DNA of 63,435 bases, counting the filler, from Octopus bimaculoides (Eukaryota): NCBI RefSeq assembly GCF_001194135.2. It is 9 parts of 8 records of this genome, joined end to end, with 100 filler letters (N's around TTAATTAATTAA, not from the genome) between each part and the next. Parts side by side here need not be neighbours in the genome. Positions count along the whole stretch, not along the records: positions 57,722 to 63,435 come from NC_068997.1; 8 more parts are not named here. The stretch is one strand, 5' to 3'. Position 1 is the stretch's first letter; every line of letters begins with the position of its first letter. Positions 61,291-63,435 of the stretch are shown piece by piece. The position numbers and the translations under genes were made by a program. The notes below the pieces were generated by a model. That model was not told the origin of the DNA. It did no database searches and was given only the letters and a program-made list of their open reading frames with translations.

Positions 61291-62003
61291 AGTGGTCACT
61301 CCAAACACCATAATGTTGACTGGATGTTTGGTTGTTATTACTCTCTGTACATGGTTTGGGAACACGGCAAGCCATCGGTTGTTCTGTGTGTTTTCCATTT
61401 GATCTAAGAAAAATCAAAGCATGTTCGATTGGAGGGTATGCTTGAATTTGTTCAAAAGCTTCGTAGCGCGGGTTCTTTTACGTCCTCGATGACTAGGGAT
61501 AAAAAGTGACCCTTTTTCATCTTGTATGAGGAATATCGAATGTCTTCATGCACTACCTGCCTTATAAGAACCTCAGACACTCCCATGTCCCTGGCGATGG
61601 ACTTGATTGGCTTGGAGAGATCGTTCTCAATCACGGTCTGGATCTTACCAACAAATTGAAGAGTTCTTTTTTATCAGAACTATAAGAGTGTGTTTTCCAA
61701 GCTGCCGTGCCTTCGTTATCACCATTAGACTCATCCTACTCTTTCCCAATCTTCTGCATTGTCCTCAGATTGAACCCAAACACTCTGAAATGTTCGTAAT
61801 GGAGCTTCCAGCGCGAATGGCAAGCAATACAACATGTCGTTACCAAATTTCTGGCAGAGAGAATTGCGTCATGGTGCGGTATTTCTCACAGACGGTGCCC
61901 AATTGACCCTATTATACTGTGTTGTCGACAAAATCAAAAACAAACAAGGCACACGCGCGAAATTAAAAATATAAAATGGTGACACTTTACCCATCGCAGC
62001 CTA
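61290..62003 (-). mobile_element. maT-like transposon 5' half (same family as 17381-18234)
   Basis: Minus-strand terminus TAGGCTGCGATGGGTAAAGTGTCACCATTTTATATTTTTAATTT matches the left end of the 17381 copy. Encodes IARDMGVSEVLIRQVVHEDIRYSSYKMKKG and QNNRWLA..KHPVNIMVFGV. Confidence 0.88.
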
Positions 62004-62272
62004 TATACAGGAATATATATATATATATATGAGTGAGAGAGAGAGAGAGAGAGAACGAAAGAGAGACAGAGAATGAAATAGAAAGACAGATAGACAGATA
62101 GACAGACGGTCTGAATGGGTGTGTTTGTGCGATTTGAACTTCATTATTCTCGCCAGACAAAGTCACTAAAGTTTGATAAAGTTGCAATGAGATAACATTT
62201 AGCTTTCTCTTTTTATTGCATCCATTTTTTGTTACAAATAACTACGATAACTAGATCGGTGTATACATCCAT

Positions 62273-62303
<31 letters not shown>

Positions 62304-62745
62304 TATATACATACATACATACACACACGCATATATAGATGCACACACACACACACATACACACACACACACACACGCTCATATATATGCACAAATATGT
62401 ATTATATANNNNNNNNNNNNNNNNNNNNNNNNNNNNNNNNNNNNNNNNNNNNNNNNNNNNNNNNNNNNNNNNNNNNNNNNNNNNNNNNNNNNNNNNNNNN
62501 NNNNNNNNNNNNNNNNNNNNNNNNNNNNNNNNNNNNNNNNNNNNNNNNNNNNNNNNNNNNNNNNNNNNNNNNNNNNNNNNNNNNNNNNNNNNNNNNNNNN
62601 NNNNNNNNNNNNNNNNNNNNNNNNNNNNNNNNNNNNNNNNNNNNNNNNNNNNNNNNNNNNNNNNNNNNNNNNNNNNNNNNNNNNNNNNNNNNNNNNNNNN
62701 NNNNNNNNNNNNNNNNNNNNNNNNNNNNNNNNNNNNNNNNNNNNN

Positions 62746-62792
<47 letters not shown>

Positions 62793-63105
62793 TTCTCGCT
62801 GAGAATATTTCTCGCTGTTCGCAGCGTTACCAGCCTGGTGTCTGTGATCGAAGAGGAGACAACAGCATCTCATAATCTGTGTAGGTGGCACTGCGAATTG
62901 ATCTATGTGTATCCACACTATTTGTCTACAGCAAGAAATTTTCTCCATGGCAAAATACAGTGAATGACTTGTTTACAAGTCCGAACGTGCTTTTAGCATA
63001 TTTGAACTTGCGGTAACATTGCATTTATACTTATCACAACTTATTGGTTCCCCTCCGTAATATATTTAATATCTACATCTCATGGGACACATGATTTCTT
63101 GGTAT

Positions 63106-63263
63106 CCATGGCGTGGAAGTGTGGTAAGAAACTTGCTTCTTAACCATATGGTTACGGGTTCAGTACCACTAGGTGTGTCACCTTGGGCAAGTGTCTTATA
63201 CTCGGGCCTTCCAAAGCCTTGTGAGTGAATGTGATAGACGGCAACTGAAACAAGCCCGTCATA
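63106..63263 (+). mobile_element. SINE family A 5' half
   Basis: GTGTGGTAAGAAACTTGCTTCTTAACCATATGGTTACGGGTTCAGTACCACT..CCTTGGGCAAGTGTC..CAAAGCCTTGTGAGTG. Confidence 0.82.
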
Positions 63264-63367
63264 TTGTACTCATTCCACGTCCTCACGTTGTTGTTCTTTC
63301 GTGTTTTTTCTTGCTTGTTCATGTTTAAATTGACTATATTACACATGCGTACATACATACGTACATG

Positions 63368-63435
<68 letters not shown>

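Noticed and set aside
6532-63400. Dozens of long ORFs rich in YI/CV/TH/SL/RE repeats or X runs
   Set aside because: They are translations of dinucleotide microsatellites and N gaps, which lack stop codons; there is no protein signal.
1-63435. A novel multi-gene or defence-type system
   Set aside because: No intact non-transposon ORF, operon-like arrangement or repeat-spacer array is present, and cross-linker adjacency cannot be trusted.

Overview
Repeat-saturated, AT-rich eukaryotic non-coding DNA from a gapped draft assembly, most likely an octopus. That assignment is inference from the tRNA-derived SINE families, dense (TA)/(CA)/(GA)/(TAA)/(GAT) microsatellites and TTAGGG-type repeats. I find no intact protein-coding gene, rRNA, true tRNA or CRISPR array; nearly all listed ORFs are microsatellite or N-run artefacts. 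The recognisable coding sequence is transposon-derived and broken: a Tc1-like transposase with DD36E spacing (975-1915), maT/DD37D-like copies (17381-18234, 61290-62003), a Helitron PIF1-helicase tail (40340-41109), RTE LINE pieces including a YADD RT core (43080-44620), a Penelope-like RT (8430-8711), R4/Dong-like restriction-endonuclease LINE ends in (TAA)n tracts, a CR1-like 3' end, and about 30 SINE/MITE copies. Eight artificial 100-bp linkers (44 N + TTAATTAATTAA + 44 N) split the window into nine segments whose adjacency is not guaranteed; CpG content appears to switch at several of them. The most notable structures are a 255-bp, 2-mismatch inverted repeat around a unique 120-bp spacer (5606-6235), three independent tail-to-tail pairs of RTE-tailed elements (potential dsRNA/ADAR substrates), and hammerhead-ribozyme-like remnants in Penelope-type terminal repeats. 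I cannot claim a new multi-gene system. Family names come from motif recognition, not database searches, and coordinates of degraded elements are approximate.
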